In this document: piece by piece, positions 38,428-47,672 of the stretch
Layout: the number at the start of each line of letters is the position of its first letter
Numbering within the stretch: position 1 is the stretch's first letter
Origin: a virus
IMG/VR virus record: IMGVR_UViG_3300027519_000002
Length of the DNA: 64,000 nucleotides
Strand: one strand, 5' to 3'
The notes under the pieces: generated by a model
What the model was told of the DNA's origin: nothing
Seen by the model: the letters and a program-made list of their open reading frames with translations, nothing else
The model's database searches: none
Position numbers and translations under genes: made by a program

Positions 38428-39685
38428 GGTAATGTGGTGGGAGTTCCCCGCACATAACTATTTCCATAGAAGGACGGGACGTTGCTACATAAAGTAAACG
38501 GGCTACATCATCTGCGTTTTCACACGTACCAATGTCACTAAGGTCAATAAAGACTTTGCCGTAAGTAGAGCCTTGGGATTTGTGTACAGTTGATGCGTAG
38601 GCAGGGCGTAAGTCACCCCATTGATCTTTCACTTCGAAGTACTTCTTCCAGTTCTTTTCACTGGCTAGTCTCTTCAGTAACATTTTGACCTTCCATCGCT
38701 CAGTTGGGACGAATAGGTCTTGGCGTTTCTTAAGGTTAACTAAGTAACCCTCTACACCATCTATTACGGTTGTCGATACGTCTTTAACTTGTACCGCTAC
38801 GTCTGTGCCATAGCAGATGTTTTCAGAGTTAGGTTCCATAATAGGCTTGTTTGTGATGAGCGTTTCACCTTCGGTGATTAGCTCGCTGACACCACGACAC
38901 TCACGAATAAAGCTGTTGTAAGCCGATACGCGGTTGTTAGTCCAAGCCAGAACTTTAGCTGACTGGTCTGGTACAAATGAGTGGTGACGGAATGTGTTTC
39001 GAATGTCTTCTTCGAACTCTGCAGGGGAAACGTGTTTAACAGCAAAGCCATCAGTGATTAGTGGCTTAAACTGACCTGTGTGCACGGTTTCACGGTATTG
39101 GCCAGATAGTTCTGAGATAGTACCGTTGTTACGCATAATCGTTTCAAGGCGTACCGTAGGTATGCCTGCATCGAAGATAGGGGACTTTTCTGCGTTGACG
39201 CTAATAAGCTGTGCAGGATCACCCATGTAAAGTACTTTGCAATCGGCTGCTAAGTAGTCGATGTACTCTTTTAGTTTGTCATCAATGAAACTGGCTTCAT
39301 CAATGATAATAAGCTGGTTGTATAGCTGCTCTGCTCGCTTACCTAGTTGTAAGCTTGTCGTACCATCGGCCCAGTTGTTTCGTAGGATTAAGCCAAGGTG
39401 ACTATGTATGGTCAGTGGGTCAATGCCCATAGTTTCTGACAATACGCGTGCAGCTTTACGTGTTGTCGCTGTAATAGCGATAGACTCGAACTCAGGCCAT
39501 TTCTTGCCTAGTAGTTCGTAAGACTCTTGAAACTTGCTGAAGTTATCAAGTAGATACGATACAAGCGTTGTTTTGCCAGTACCTGCGTAACCTTCCAGAA
39601 CGAACTCATGTTGTTCAGGGTCTAGAAGAAAAGAAATGATTGAACGGATCGCCTTCTCTTGGCAATCGTTTAAAGTGAGTGCCAT
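38375..39685 (-). CDS. SF1 helicase, Dda/RecD-like.
   Basis: Walker A GYAGTGKTT, Walker B IIIDEASF, motif V/VI STVHKSQGSTY and YVATSRPS. Confidence 0.7.
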   Translation of the reverse strand: MALTLNDCQEKAIRSIISFLLDPEQHEFVLEGYAGTGKTTLVSYLLDNFSKFQESYELLGKKWPEFESIAITATTRKAARVLSETMGIDPLTIHSHLGLILRNNWADGTTSLQLGKRAEQLYNQLIIIDEASFIDDKLKEYIDYLAADCKVLYMGDPAQLISVNAEKSPIFDAGIPTVRLETIMRNNGTISELSGQYRETVHTGQFKPLITDGFAVKHVSPAEFEEDIRNTFRHHSFVPDQSAKVLAWTNNRVSAYNSFIRECRGVSELITEGETLITNKPIMEPNSENICYGTDVAVQVKDVSTTVIDGVEGYLVNLKKRQDLFVPTERWKVKMLLKRLASEKNWKKYFEVKDQWGDLRPAYASTVHKSQGSTYGKVFIDLSDIGTCENADDVARLLYVATSRPSMEIVMCGELPPHYLGEARIDIATALKSAVA

Positions 39686-39764
39686 GAGGCTTCCTTGTCA
39701 AAAATACCGCACAAGGGGCTTTTGGGTCATCTAGGGAAGATGGCCCCAAGTGCGGCAAAAGAGG

Positions 39765-39947
39765 TTAATTTATTAACGAGATAAATAGTGCAGCGGTTAG
39801 TACTGCTACAGCTACTTGGTAGCCGTTGATTTGTTTTTTCAACTTAGCTCTACTGGTGATTGCTTTTGAGTAGTACTCTTCAAGCTGATCTCGCGATAGT
39901 TCACGTGCCCGTTTCTGGGCCAAAAATGCGAATTGGTTATATCTCAA
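39765..39947 (-). CDS. Small membrane protein.
   Basis: 60 aa with one TM helix. Confidence 0.35.
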   Translation of the reverse strand: MRYNQFAFLAQKRARELSRDQLEEYYSKAITSRAKLKKQINGYQVAVAVLTAALFISLIN

Positions 39948-41142
39948 ATCGAATTACCTTACCTCGCTTGGGAGTAAATTCTTTATCGCCTTCGATAATC
40001 CAATAAACAGGAACATCAAGGGGAATCCACTCGTTTTCTAGGTCGAACCAGCCGTCACTGAATATCACTAAAGCCTTTGGCTTATTGTTTCGCGCATATT
40101 CAAGGACAGGTTCAATGTTTGTGCCACCGTCACCTTTGAGTTCTATGTTGAGTACGTCAGCCGCCTCTTCGATAGTTGTCTCAGTGGTAATCTCGGTATT
40201 GAATCCAAGAACCTTTGTGCGCTTTGGCTTAAGTTTCGTATGGATTGCGTGCACTTCTGAAATAAACTGATCTATTTGCCCGGGTCCAACGGAACCAGAC
40301 ACATCGATAGCAACAGTAATTTCTGTAAGACTTTCAGAGTGCTGTGTAGGCATGAAATAGTCAGGCATGTATCTGCGGTTAGGCTTTTGATACGAATAAT
40401 CAGCGGCAGCTAAATCATTCATGTGCTTGGCTAATATCTTGAACCACGGCAGCTTCGGAGAAAGCAAATTATCTAAGAAGATCTTCACTTCGCCTGGGAT
40501 GTTACCCCAACCGCTAGCTTGTTCGGCCAGAATAGATGCACGTTGTATTGTGTCTATGGTTTCAGATTCAATCTCATCCCATTCAACACCGTCATCTTCT
40601 TCAGGTATATCGAAGTCATCATCGGCTTCGTCAACCGTACCGTATACGAAGGAGAAGTCGTAGACTTCGCCTGTGTCTTCATCGAACCAGTCATCATCTT
40701 CAGTAAATGACTCTTCAGCGAGTTCCTGTGCCTTCTTAATTACAAGGTCGTAGGCCTCTTCTGAGGTCAAGTTTTCAAAGTCTTCGTGATAGTTCCAATG
40801 TGAAGGAACTTCGAAGCCTTGGTCGCGTAGAAGCGCGGTAATGACGTATTCGGTAGCAGACTTCCACGTTCGGTAATCTTTACCTTTGCCGCGAATAGGG
40901 TGCTGTAGTGCAACACGATATGCAGCTCTGGCTAAGAACGCTAAACGTTCACCGGCTGTTAGTTGCATGAAGTACTCAGGGTTTACCAAAAGGTAAACCC
41001 CGTTAGTTTGAGAAGTTAGTGTTCTCTCGCTCCAGTTGAAGCGCAAACTGAATAGTATCGTGGTTAAAAACACACTATCAGGGCGAGAGATTAACTGTAT
41101 CTTGGCTGCATCGAGTGCAGTTGTAAGTTCTTCAGTTTGCAT
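39937..41142 (-). CDS. von Willebrand factor A (vWA) domain protein.
   Basis: MIDAS motif VAIDVSGSVG. Acidic N-terminal region. Gene pair with the upstream MoxR-like ATPase. Confidence 0.6.
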   Translation of the reverse strand: MQTEELTTALDAAKIQLISRPDSVFLTTILFSLRFNWSERTLTSQTNGVYLLVNPEYFMQLTAGERLAFLARAAYRVALQHPIRGKGKDYRTWKSATEYVITALLRDQGFEVPSHWNYHEDFENLTSEEAYDLVIKKAQELAEESFTEDDDWFDEDTGEVYDFSFVYGTVDEADDDFDIPEEDDGVEWDEIESETIDTIQRASILAEQASGWGNIPGEVKIFLDNLLSPKLPWFKILAKHMNDLAAADYSYQKPNRRYMPDYFMPTQHSESLTEITVAIDVSGSVGPGQIDQFISEVHAIHTKLKPKRTKVLGFNTEITTETTIEEAADVLNIELKGDGGTNIEPVLEYARNNKPKALVIFSDGWFDLENEWIPLDVPVYWIIEGDKEFTPKRGKVIRFEI

Positions 41143-41151
41143 AATGCTTCC

Positions 41152-42168
41152 TTACAGTAGGACAGACAGTTCTAGTGCTTTGTCCATGAACAATTGGTTC
41201 TCGGCAATGCGAGGGAAACGTCTGCTCATGTCACGAATTGTGATCACTTGGAACTCACGTGGCATACGGTTTACGTATGTAAGAAGTGCCGTAGCGTTAG
41301 TGCTAGTAACGTTGTCAGCTAGTACACCTGATAGGGCGTATAGTGTTCCACCGTTGTGACCAGGCATTAGGGCGCCATTAGGGTCTGCTTGAATTGCGCT
41401 GATCTTAGGTAGCTGATCAAAGACTTGGTTAAACGCGATAAATTCACGTGCCGGCCCTTCACCCAATGTACCTGCCAATAGCGGTAGCGCTGATGGACCT
41501 ACTTCGTCTAGCTGCTGCAATAACTTGCTTGCAAATTCCCATGTACGAGGACACGCAAACGTATAGTCTGTGTGGTCTGGGTCAAACATTTGTAGGCAGC
41601 TTGGCTTGTACTGAATGTACGATACGATGCGCGGGTCAAACTCTTGTTGCTGCGCGTATTCAATCCAATCAATAGTGCTTACTGTCAGTTCGATGTGAAT
41701 AAGGCGCGACTGCATTGCAGTACTAGCGCGGGAAGTAAATGCACCGTCTGACTCTAAGTTACCAGCGGCAACAATGAATACTGCAGGGTGAAGCTTACGG
41801 CCACCAACTGCGCGGTCTAGAATTAGCTTGTACGCTGCTTTCTGAACAGACTCAGGCGCGTGTGGTAGTTCATCAAGGAACAGAAGCCAACCTTCTTTAC
41901 CTTCAGGTAACTTGTCACCTTCAACAGGGAAGGTATCAAACGGAATGTATGTCGCTTTGTCATCTACAATTTGAGGGAAGCCCTTCAAATCTGTTGGGTC
42001 GCAGTTAGCTAAACGTTCATCGATAAGCGCCAAGTTAAAGTCTCTGGCTACGCTGGCAACGATGTCTGATTTACCTGTCCCTGGTGATCCATGAATCATA
42101 GGTACAAGGCCTGCGCGAAGTACTGTAGCAATCATATCTACAGCCGTACTGGGTTTTACTGCGTTCAT
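41152..42168 (-). CDS. MoxR-like AAA+ ATPase.
   Basis: Walker A HGSPGTGKSD, Walker B LLFLDE, arginine-finger region. 338 aa. Confidence 0.7.
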   Translation of the reverse strand: MNAVKPSTAVDMIATVLRAGLVPMIHGSPGTGKSDIVASVARDFNLALIDERLANCDPTDLKGFPQIVDDKATYIPFDTFPVEGDKLPEGKEGWLLFLDELPHAPESVQKAAYKLILDRAVGGRKLHPAVFIVAAGNLESDGAFTSRASTAMQSRLIHIELTVSTIDWIEYAQQQEFDPRIVSYIQYKPSCLQMFDPDHTDYTFACPRTWEFASKLLQQLDEVGPSALPLLAGTLGEGPAREFIAFNQVFDQLPKISAIQADPNGALMPGHNGGTLYALSGVLADNVTSTNATALLTYVNRMPREFQVITIRDMSRRFPRIAENQLFMDKALELSVLL

Positions 42169-42198
42169 GTGGAGTTTTCCTTTTTAATAATCGCAAGA

Positions 42199-42213
42199 GG
42201 GTACGGAGTACCC
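42199..42213 (-). promoter_or_regulatory. GGGTAC-GGA-GTACCC hairpin, candidate vRNAP-type hairpin promoter.
   Basis: Perfect 6-bp inverted repeat with a GGA loop, 30 nt upstream of the MoxR ATPase gene. Confidence 0.35.
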
Positions 42214-42218
42214 ATTAA

Positions 42219-42392
42219 TTACATTTCGAATCGCTCAAACTCAGTGTGGCTGGCGATAGCCAGAACACGGTGTTCTTGCTCATGTAGATATTCTTCGAAC
42301 TGTTGGTAGGCTTGGGGAACCGTTACGGCTCCCATGGTTTCGAACTCAAAGTTCTTACCGTCAATTGTGGCTTTACACAGATACTCGGTCAT
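42219..42392 (-). CDS. Small ORF (57 aa, MTEYLCKATIDGKNFEFETMGAVTV...). Not in the ORF track.
   Basis: ATG preceded by GAGGTAAC, TAA stop. Sits between the dNMP kinase and the ATPase. Confidence 0.3.
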   Translation of the reverse strand: MTEYLCKATIDGKNFEFETMGAVTVPQAYQQFEEYLHEQEHRVLAIASHTEFERFEM

Positions 42393-43005
42393 TTGCTGTT
42401 ACCTCGTACATATCGTCGGGTATGGCGTTGATCGCAAGTATCTGATTAAAGACGTTTATGATGTTGCGGTTGAAGTTAGGGTTCTTCGGATTAGGTACGA
42501 TGTAATCTGAGCCGTATGTTTGAATACCTTGTTCAGATTCGTGCATATCATCGCTCTCATAGGCAAAACCTATGGTTGGAATGACTTGGGCAATGTGGCC
42601 TTGCTTCTGGCCTCGGATATGCTCCGCTTCATTATCAAAACGCACATCAGTAACTAACACGATGTCAGTGTCTGAAAGGTCAATCTGTGCACCGGTAACG
42701 ATAAGCCAAAGGTTCCCATTTACCATGTCTCGGCCCCAATTGGTGCCAAGGGTTTGCATCAGGTAGCGAGGTGTTACGCCGAACTGTGGAATTACAGTCT
42801 CTTTGGCTTCCTGTGTTGCAAAGTGCTCATCGGTAAGGCCAAGGCCTACCTTGAGCATTTCTTTGATTGGGTCTGCATAGGCGAGCTCTGTTACCGTGTA
42901 ACCTGAGTCTTCTGCGTAGTTACGAATAATTGTCGCAGCGTAGTTTTTACCTGCGCCTTTCTGACCAGCAATACCTATAACAATAGGCTTTTTTACGGCT
43001 ACCAC
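42373..43005 (-). CDS. Deoxynucleoside monophosphate kinase (T4 gp1-like).
   Basis: P-loop GIAGQKGAGKN. YADPIKEMLK, PRYLMQTLGTNWGRD and VLVTDVRFDNEAEHIR mirror the T4 dNMP kinase segments as I recall them. Confidence 0.6.
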   Translation of the reverse strand: MVAVKKPIVIGIAGQKGAGKNYAATIIRNYAEDSGYTVTELAYADPIKEMLKVGLGLTDEHFATQEAKETVIPQFGVTPRYLMQTLGTNWGRDMVNGNLWLIVTGAQIDLSDTDIVLVTDVRFDNEAEHIRGQKQGHIAQVIPTIGFAYESDDMHESEQGIQTYGSDYIVPNPKNPNFNRNIINVFNQILAINAIPDDMYEVTANDRVSV

Positions 43006-43274
43006 GGGTCAACTGCTCCCCAGTTTAGTGACACGACACGAACTGTATCTTCGTCTTCGTCATCGGTCGGTATGACCTTCATGCCTGACTCGCTGTAGGA
43101 TGAGTCGGTTACTGCGGCAAAGTCTACTTCGTCTACAAGTATTGCTTGTTGCGTTCCGTTGCGATCACCATAAGACACGTTTGATACAACGAACATATCG
43201 TCTTCAAAGTTGTCTAGTTTTTCTTTAAGTTCTTTTACGGTGAGGCAACTTTCTTGTAATTTTTCTAATAACAT
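42999..43274 (-). CDS. Small acidic hypothetical protein.
   Basis: 91-aa ORF. Confidence 0.35.
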   Translation of the reverse strand: MLLEKLQESCLTVKELKEKLDNFEDDMFVVSNVSYGDRNGTQQAILVDEVDFAAVTDSSYSESGMKVIPTDDEDEDTVRVVSLNWGAVDPW

Positions 43275-43798
43275 TATGCTTCCTTTGCTTGAGGATGGAG
43301 TTCAATGAATTGATCAGTGAAGCTGTAAGTCTTGTCCTCGTTAACAGTGATGTAACCGCGTTCACGGGCTACCAGTAGCATTAAGCTCACAGTGGAACGG
43401 GACAGGTTTAACTCTTGCGCTATGCCTGTTGTACGTACTTTTCTGTTCTTACGCTTTACAGCAATAGACAAGCGGTATGGGTGCTCTATGATCATCAACT
43501 CAGTTCTGTCATAGCGCTCAATAGTACTTTCACTTCGCTCGTCAGGACGGGTAGTACGCTGCAGAGTGTGACGCAATACTGATTCTTTACGGGATTGTAC
43601 GCGCTCTTCAATGACCTTCTGGTCTGCGCCTTCTTTGATTTCACCACTGATGATAAATGCTTCGCCAGATGTAGTGTCAAAGGCAGTTAGCAGGGTCACA
43701 ACATCATCACGTAATTCACGTAATGTAATGGTTCGGCCTACTAACTCTGATAATTTGGTGGTCTTAAGACCTTTAATGCTGCTCACTTCATGCTCCAA
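43274..43798 (-). CDS. Hypothetical protein with a C-terminal HTH.
   Basis: 174 aa, containing LNLSRSTVSLMLLVARERGYITV. Confidence 0.4.
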   Translation of the reverse strand: MEHEVSSIKGLKTTKLSELVGRTITLRELRDDVVTLLTAFDTTSGEAFIISGEIKEGADQKVIEERVQSRKESVLRHTLQRTTRPDERSESTIERYDRTELMIIEHPYRLSIAVKRKNRKVRTTGIAQELNLSRSTVSLMLLVARERGYITVNEDKTYSFTDQFIELHPQAKEA

Positions 43799-43826
43799 AT
43801 AAAAAAGCCAGCGGTTAAGCTGGCTT
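43797..43826 (-). terminator. GCCAGC(ttaacc)GCTGGC plus TTTTTTATTT on the minus strand.
   Basis: Perfect 6-bp stem plus T-run after the 43815 gene stop. Confidence 0.55.
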
Positions 43827-44150
43827 GTTGTTGTTTAATTCTTTGATTCGTTCTTGAATCAACTCTAACTGGGTTTGAAACCTTTCTCTTAACTCGGCTT
43901 CACGGTCAATGGGTTCACCCATGACTTGCTCATGCAAGGCTTCATGTTCTGCTTGCATCTCCGTCCACTCGAACATTCCACGGATCTCACTTTCAGTAAG
44001 CTTTATGGAGTTACCGAAGTCAGTGACTACTGTGTAAATGTTGTTGAGTTTAGATGTGATAACCGCATTACCTATGCGGCCTGTGTAAAGGGGAACTAGT
44101 TTTAAACCAACGGTTAAGTTGAGAGGTAAGGGGATTGCTAGGCTACTCAC
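43815..44150 (-). CDS. Hypothetical protein.
   Basis: 111-aa ORF. Confidence 0.4.
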   Translation of the reverse strand: MSSLAIPLPLNLTVGLKLVPLYTGRIGNAVITSKLNNIYTVVTDFGNSIKLTESEIRGMFEWTEMQAEHEALHEQVMGEPIDREAELRERFQTQLELIQERIKELNNNKPA

Positions 44151-44460
44151 TGCACATGGTTCTATAAGCTTCTAACTTATAGATTTCAGAGAAAGCGTTA
44201 TCGAATGAAACTCTATGGCCGATTTCATCGCGCCAGTTGTCAGGGTCCATACATACTGCTGGCTTACCTGTTACAACAAATCCGCCTTTCATGCGAATGC
44301 CGCAGAACATCATCTGCTGACCTGAAAGTACGACAGTTTCGAAGTCTACGTCTTCAATACGATCAATGATGCTTTTGGACGAAATGAAGTTTTCATTACA
44401 ACCCATCTCTTTCATCATGGTTTCAATTTCTTGTGATCGTGTTGGTGCTACTATTGGCAT
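44143..44460 (-). CDS. Hypothetical protein.
   Basis: 105-aa ORF. Confidence 0.4.
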   Translation of the reverse strand: MPIVAPTRSQEIETMMKEMGCNENFISSKSIIDRIEDVDFETVVLSGQQMMFCGIRMKGGFVVTGKPAVCMDPDNWRDEIGHRVSFDNAFSEIYKLEAYRTMCSE

Positions 44461-44593
44461 GGTTTTCCTTAGTAATAAAGTGCTAACGAAATACCCACAA
44501 ACACACGATTGAAGCGGAATACTTCATGTGGTTGTAGGGTTATTTTTGGGCCACCTACCGTAGTAGGGAAGCCTGGGACTTTAGATTTTTGAG

Positions 44594-44770
44594 TCATTTG
44601 AATCTCTTAGGTCTGATGGAGTAAAACACACCATTATGCGGCAACGGAGAGCCGTCTTCGCGATGTGTTGCGTGGTGTCCAGCAGGGTACTGTTTCTTTA
44701 GGCCTTCAATGGCCTCGGGCGAGTAACCCTTCAAACCAAAAACCCTGTAGTTACTGGTTCGTTTTCTCAT
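44594..44770 (-). CDS. Small basic protein (start moved to MRKRTSNY, ATGA-coupled to the upstream gene).
   Basis: The 44594..44842 ORF overlaps the 44767..45186 gene. An internal ATG at 44770 removes the overlap. Confidence 0.3.
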   Translation of the reverse strand: MRKRTSNYRVFGLKGYSPEAIEGLKKQYPAGHHATHREDGSPLPHNGVFYSIRPKRFK

Positions 44771-45186
44771 TCCCGTTCCAGCGAAATTTTGTATTTGAAA
44801 TGGGCGTTGATTAATTCCAAGAGACGTTGTTGTGTTTTGCACGCTTGTACCTTGTCTTTAAGTAAATCTACGTAACCTAGCTTGCTTATGGCCGTGCAAT
44901 AATTCCTTCGCGAAGTCCTCATGAACTTCACCCGCACAGTGCTGTTATGCTCTGTCAGGTCAAGGATAACTCTTACCCTTCCCCCAATTTCCTCCCTTAT
45001 TTCGCCACGAGGCACTTCGACAAAAACTTCATCAAATATCCAATCAGGTTCGAACTCAGCTTCTTTCCACTTACTCTTCCTGACCGGCTTAACATCTGGT
45101 ATGTCGTCTTCACTCCAAATGTCGCTATACAAAGCTTCTGACTTCAGCCACTCAATAAGCTCTACTTTTGTACTGATCGTCTTCAC
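44767..45186 (-). CDS. Hypothetical protein.
   Basis: 139-aa ORF. Confidence 0.4.
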   Translation of the reverse strand: MKTISTKVELIEWLKSEALYSDIWSEDDIPDVKPVRKSKWKEAEFEPDWIFDEVFVEVPRGEIREEIGGRVRVILDLTEHNSTVRVKFMRTSRRNYCTAISKLGYVDLLKDKVQACKTQQRLLELINAHFKYKISLERE

Positions 45187-45413
45187 TTAAACTTTCCTTC
45201 TATCGCATTACGAACTTCATCAGCTATATTCTTCGCTGTTTCTGAGGGCATGGTGGAGCCATGCACGAAAGGCCACCAACGTTCTAGTACTTTCATAAGT
45301 GCAAGTTGCATAGCACTGTTGTGCTTGATTAGCTTCTGATGTTCTTCGACTTGAATTTGGATGATTTGGACAAGCTCTTTACGGCTCTTGTCTTCAATTG
45401 AGTGGATTGACAC
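45183..45413 (-). CDS. Small hypothetical protein.
   Basis: 76 aa. Confidence 0.35.
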   Translation of the reverse strand: MSIHSIEDKSRKELVQIIQIQVEEHQKLIKHNSAMQLALMKVLERWWPFVHGSTMPSETAKNIADEVRNAIEGKFK

Positions 45414-45415
45414 TT

Positions 45416-45613
45416 TTAATGACTCGCTTTGTAGGTGGTATCTACTATGTGGGGTGTGGTAGATATAAGTTCGTATTCAAGCTTGTAAACATGAACTTCA
45501 CCTACATTCACTAGACCATCTTCGAACAGTGCTTGGGGTACTTGTTCCCAGGAGGTAACGCCTTTTAAAATACGTTCACCTAGTAAGGTCTTAACTTTGA
45601 AGACTACCATCAC
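45416..45613 (-). CDS. Small hypothetical protein.
   Basis: 65 aa. Confidence 0.35.
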   Translation of the reverse strand: MMVVFKVKTLLGERILKGVTSWEQVPQALFEDGLVNVGEVHVYKLEYELISTTPHIVDTTYKASH

Positions 45614-46050
45614 TCTTGCTCCTTGCGTAGTTGTTCTCTGTGGTAATTACAGAAGTTTTTGAGAAGCATATCGAGATGGTTTGCGCGTATATCTAATTTG
45701 TCGTGGTTAAACATATAATCGCTCGCGCTAGAAACCATCTTACTCAACAGGTCAATCTTCTTCTCTATGGCGAATTTGTTAAGCAGTGCTTTCGACTCGG
45801 TGTTGTCTATCTCAAATAGACGCTCAATAGCTGCACCCATATCCATATCAACCAACTCGCAACAGGATTCCACATTGGCAGCTAACTCAAGGTTAGTTTG
45901 CTCTAGACTTTTTACACGCTCATTAGCCTTTGATAGTAGTGCATCCACAAACTCATAAACATACGGGTTTAAATCCATTTCGCCGCTCGGCTGTTGTTTC
46001 AGTTTGAAACCGTTGGATAAAGCTAATTCTCTTACTCGCTTCTTGTTCAT
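45610..46050 (-). CDS. Hypothetical protein. Start at ATG 46050 (AAGGAG SD) rather than GTG 46059.
   Basis: ORF with AAGGAG 8 nt upstream of MNKKRV. Confidence 0.4.
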   Translation of the reverse strand: MNKKRVRELALSNGFKLKQQPSGEMDLNPYVYEFVDALLSKANERVKSLEQTNLELAANVESCCELVDMDMGAAIERLFEIDNTESKALLNKFAIEKKIDLLSKMVSSASDYMFNHDKLDIRANHLDMLLKNFCNYHREQLRKEQE

Positions 46051-46218
46051 CACTCTCACTCCTTAAAGGTAGATCTCTTTTGGACAATGCTCACTTAAAG
46101 GTATGAAGTGTGAGAATTGGTACTTGCCAGCGTTGTAGACGCACTCATTAATTTGAGTTCCGTCTACTGCCACTTGGTTAACAAAAAATAAGGTTAAAAG
46201 TACCTTCATACATTACCT

Positions 46219-46641
46219 CTACTGTATTCTTTGAATTTCTTCGTTTAGATAAAGCGTACCGCGAGTACACTTAATACCGGATGGGTAGGGTATAGCTACC
46301 TCGCGCTCAACGTTTGTAGGCCAGCTCTCAGGCATTTTGCCGCTACCTACTATCTTGACCTTCTCTCCAACCTTCCAAGGGCTTCTGGCTTCCCAGAATG
46401 CCGCTTTACCCATGTAGTGTAGGGCAACAAGTTGGCAGGTAGATCTAACTTCGAATAGCTGTCTTAGCTTTGATGTCATGGCTTTGACTGCTGCTTCAGT
46501 AATGTGAAGTTCTTCTGACATTTCACGGCAGGTTCTGCCTATGATTACTAGGTCATAAACGCGCTGCTGCGCTCTAGTTAAAGTCATAGCTGTAACCACA
46601 TTCTTCGTAGTCAACGGAGCCTCTGGTATTAAAACCAGCAC
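46219..46641 (-). CDS. LuxR/GerE-type HTH transcription regulator.
   Basis: LTRAQQRVYDLVIIGRTCREMSEELHITEAAVKAMTSKLRQ is a classic LuxR C-terminal-type HTH. The true start is possibly the internal MTLTRAQQ. Confidence 0.5.
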   Translation of the reverse strand: MLVLIPEAPLTTKNVVTAMTLTRAQQRVYDLVIIGRTCREMSEELHITEAAVKAMTSKLRQLFEVRSTCQLVALHYMGKAAFWEARSPWKVGEKVKIVGSGKMPESWPTNVEREVAIPYPSGIKCTRGTLYLNEEIQRIQ

Positions 46642-46843
46642 GAACTAACTTTGGTGTAATACTGTAGCCACCGTGAACACCAACCGCATGATAGACAAAG
46701 CCGTCGATACACACTTCTTTAGTGCGTTCGGAGAAGTCTTCCATTTGTAAAACTGAGTTGTGTCCGTAGCTTTGGCTCTTAGGCTGACAAGCCGCTAGAG
46801 CCATTACTGATAAAAGGGTGATTAGCTTAAGCTGCTTCTTCAT
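46574..46843 (-). CDS. Small lipoprotein (signal peptide plus lipobox LAAC).
   Basis: N-terminus MKKQLKLITLLSVMALAACQPK, about 89 aa. Confidence 0.45.
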   Translation of the reverse strand: MKKQLKLITLLSVMALAACQPKSQSYGHNSVLQMEDFSERTKEVCIDGFVYHAVGVHGGYSITPKLVRAGFNTRGSVDYEECGYSYDFN

Positions 46844-46872
46844 AAGGCGAGTTCTCTAATTAAATAAAAGTT

Positions 46873-46946
46873 AGTCACCTTGGGAATTGAACCCTATGAC
46901 ACTCCTGCGCAATTACCCTGCTCGTAGCACGCTGTCTAGGTGACTG
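46873..46946 (-). tRNA. tRNA-like gene (acceptor AGTCACC/GGTGACT, T-loop GTTCAATT).
   Basis: Perfect 7-bp acceptor pairing and a canonical T-arm on the minus strand. The internal arms could not be folded by hand. Confidence 0.45.
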
Positions 46947-46953
46947 TTGAAAT

Positions 46954-47032
46954 TGGCCCCAATGCAAGGATTCGAACCTCGTAGTCAAGTAATGAACTGA
47001 ACTTGAACCATACCATTTAACGTCCATGCCGT
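46954..47032 (-). tRNA. tRNA-like gene with an encoded CCA end (…GGTTCGAATCCTTG-CATTGGG-G-CCA).
   Basis: T-arm CGAGG/TTCGAAT/CCTTG followed by a 7-nt acceptor strand, discriminator and CCA. The 5' boundary is approximate. Confidence 0.35.
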
Positions 47033-47104
47033 ACTTTTCTTACTCGCTGCCATGGATGATCATAAGCTGTTGCGGCTGTAACGCGGTTCACATTGGGAAT
47101 AAAA

Positions 47105-47185
47105 TTGGCCGACTGGGGAGGATTCGAACCAACAACTTAAACTACACTTACACTAGTCACTGAGGACACGCATCACTCATCACCT
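47105..47185 (-). tRNA. tRNA-like gene with an encoded CCA end (…GGTTCGAATCCTCC-CCAGTCG-G-CCA).
   Basis: T-loop consensus and CCA are present. Stem complementarity is imperfect and boundaries are approximate. Confidence 0.3.
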
Positions 47186-47581
47186 AGCTTGTCGTCTTCA
47201 TTTAAGTCTACTCTTGCCATGACTCTCTCTGTTTCGTTGTGCTTACGCAGTCTCTCGATGCGTGTGGGTCGAAAGACAAACAGAAATTGAGCGAGTACCA
47301 GTCGTTTTGAAAAGGATGTTTTGGCAGATGTACCTACTGTTTATTTGTGACAGACAGTATAACTATTGGTTAAATAGAAATGGTGTAAGTACATCTCCAA
47401 AACACCCGTAGTTCCGCGTTAAAAAACGTGGGGTGTTTGGCCTGTTGTGCCTTGCGTAGCAAGAATACGCGCAGGAACGATTTATTAAAGTGAGTTCGTC
47501 ACCTCACCGGCACTAACCAGTACAGTATGGAGCGGAGCAGCTAGACATTACTGTACTGAGTATTTATGAATTGGGTTGCGC

Positions 47582-47665
47582 TCTTAGGCGACTGGACTCG
47601 AACCAGTAGTTCTACCTCTTATCCATTCACCAGATTTACATACACCTTGTAAGGAAGCTATCCGA
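47582..47665 (-). tRNA. tRNA-like gene (T-arm ACTGG/TTCGAGT/CCAGT).
   Basis: Perfect T-arm on the minus strand. The acceptor stem is not resolved by hand. Confidence 0.3.
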
Positions 47666-47672
47666 ACATGAA

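Noticed and set aside
44594-44842. The long form of ORF 44594-44842 overlapping gene 44767-45186.
   Set aside because: The internal ATG at 44770 gives standard ATGA coupling. The long form would overlap the upstream gene by 76 nt in another frame.
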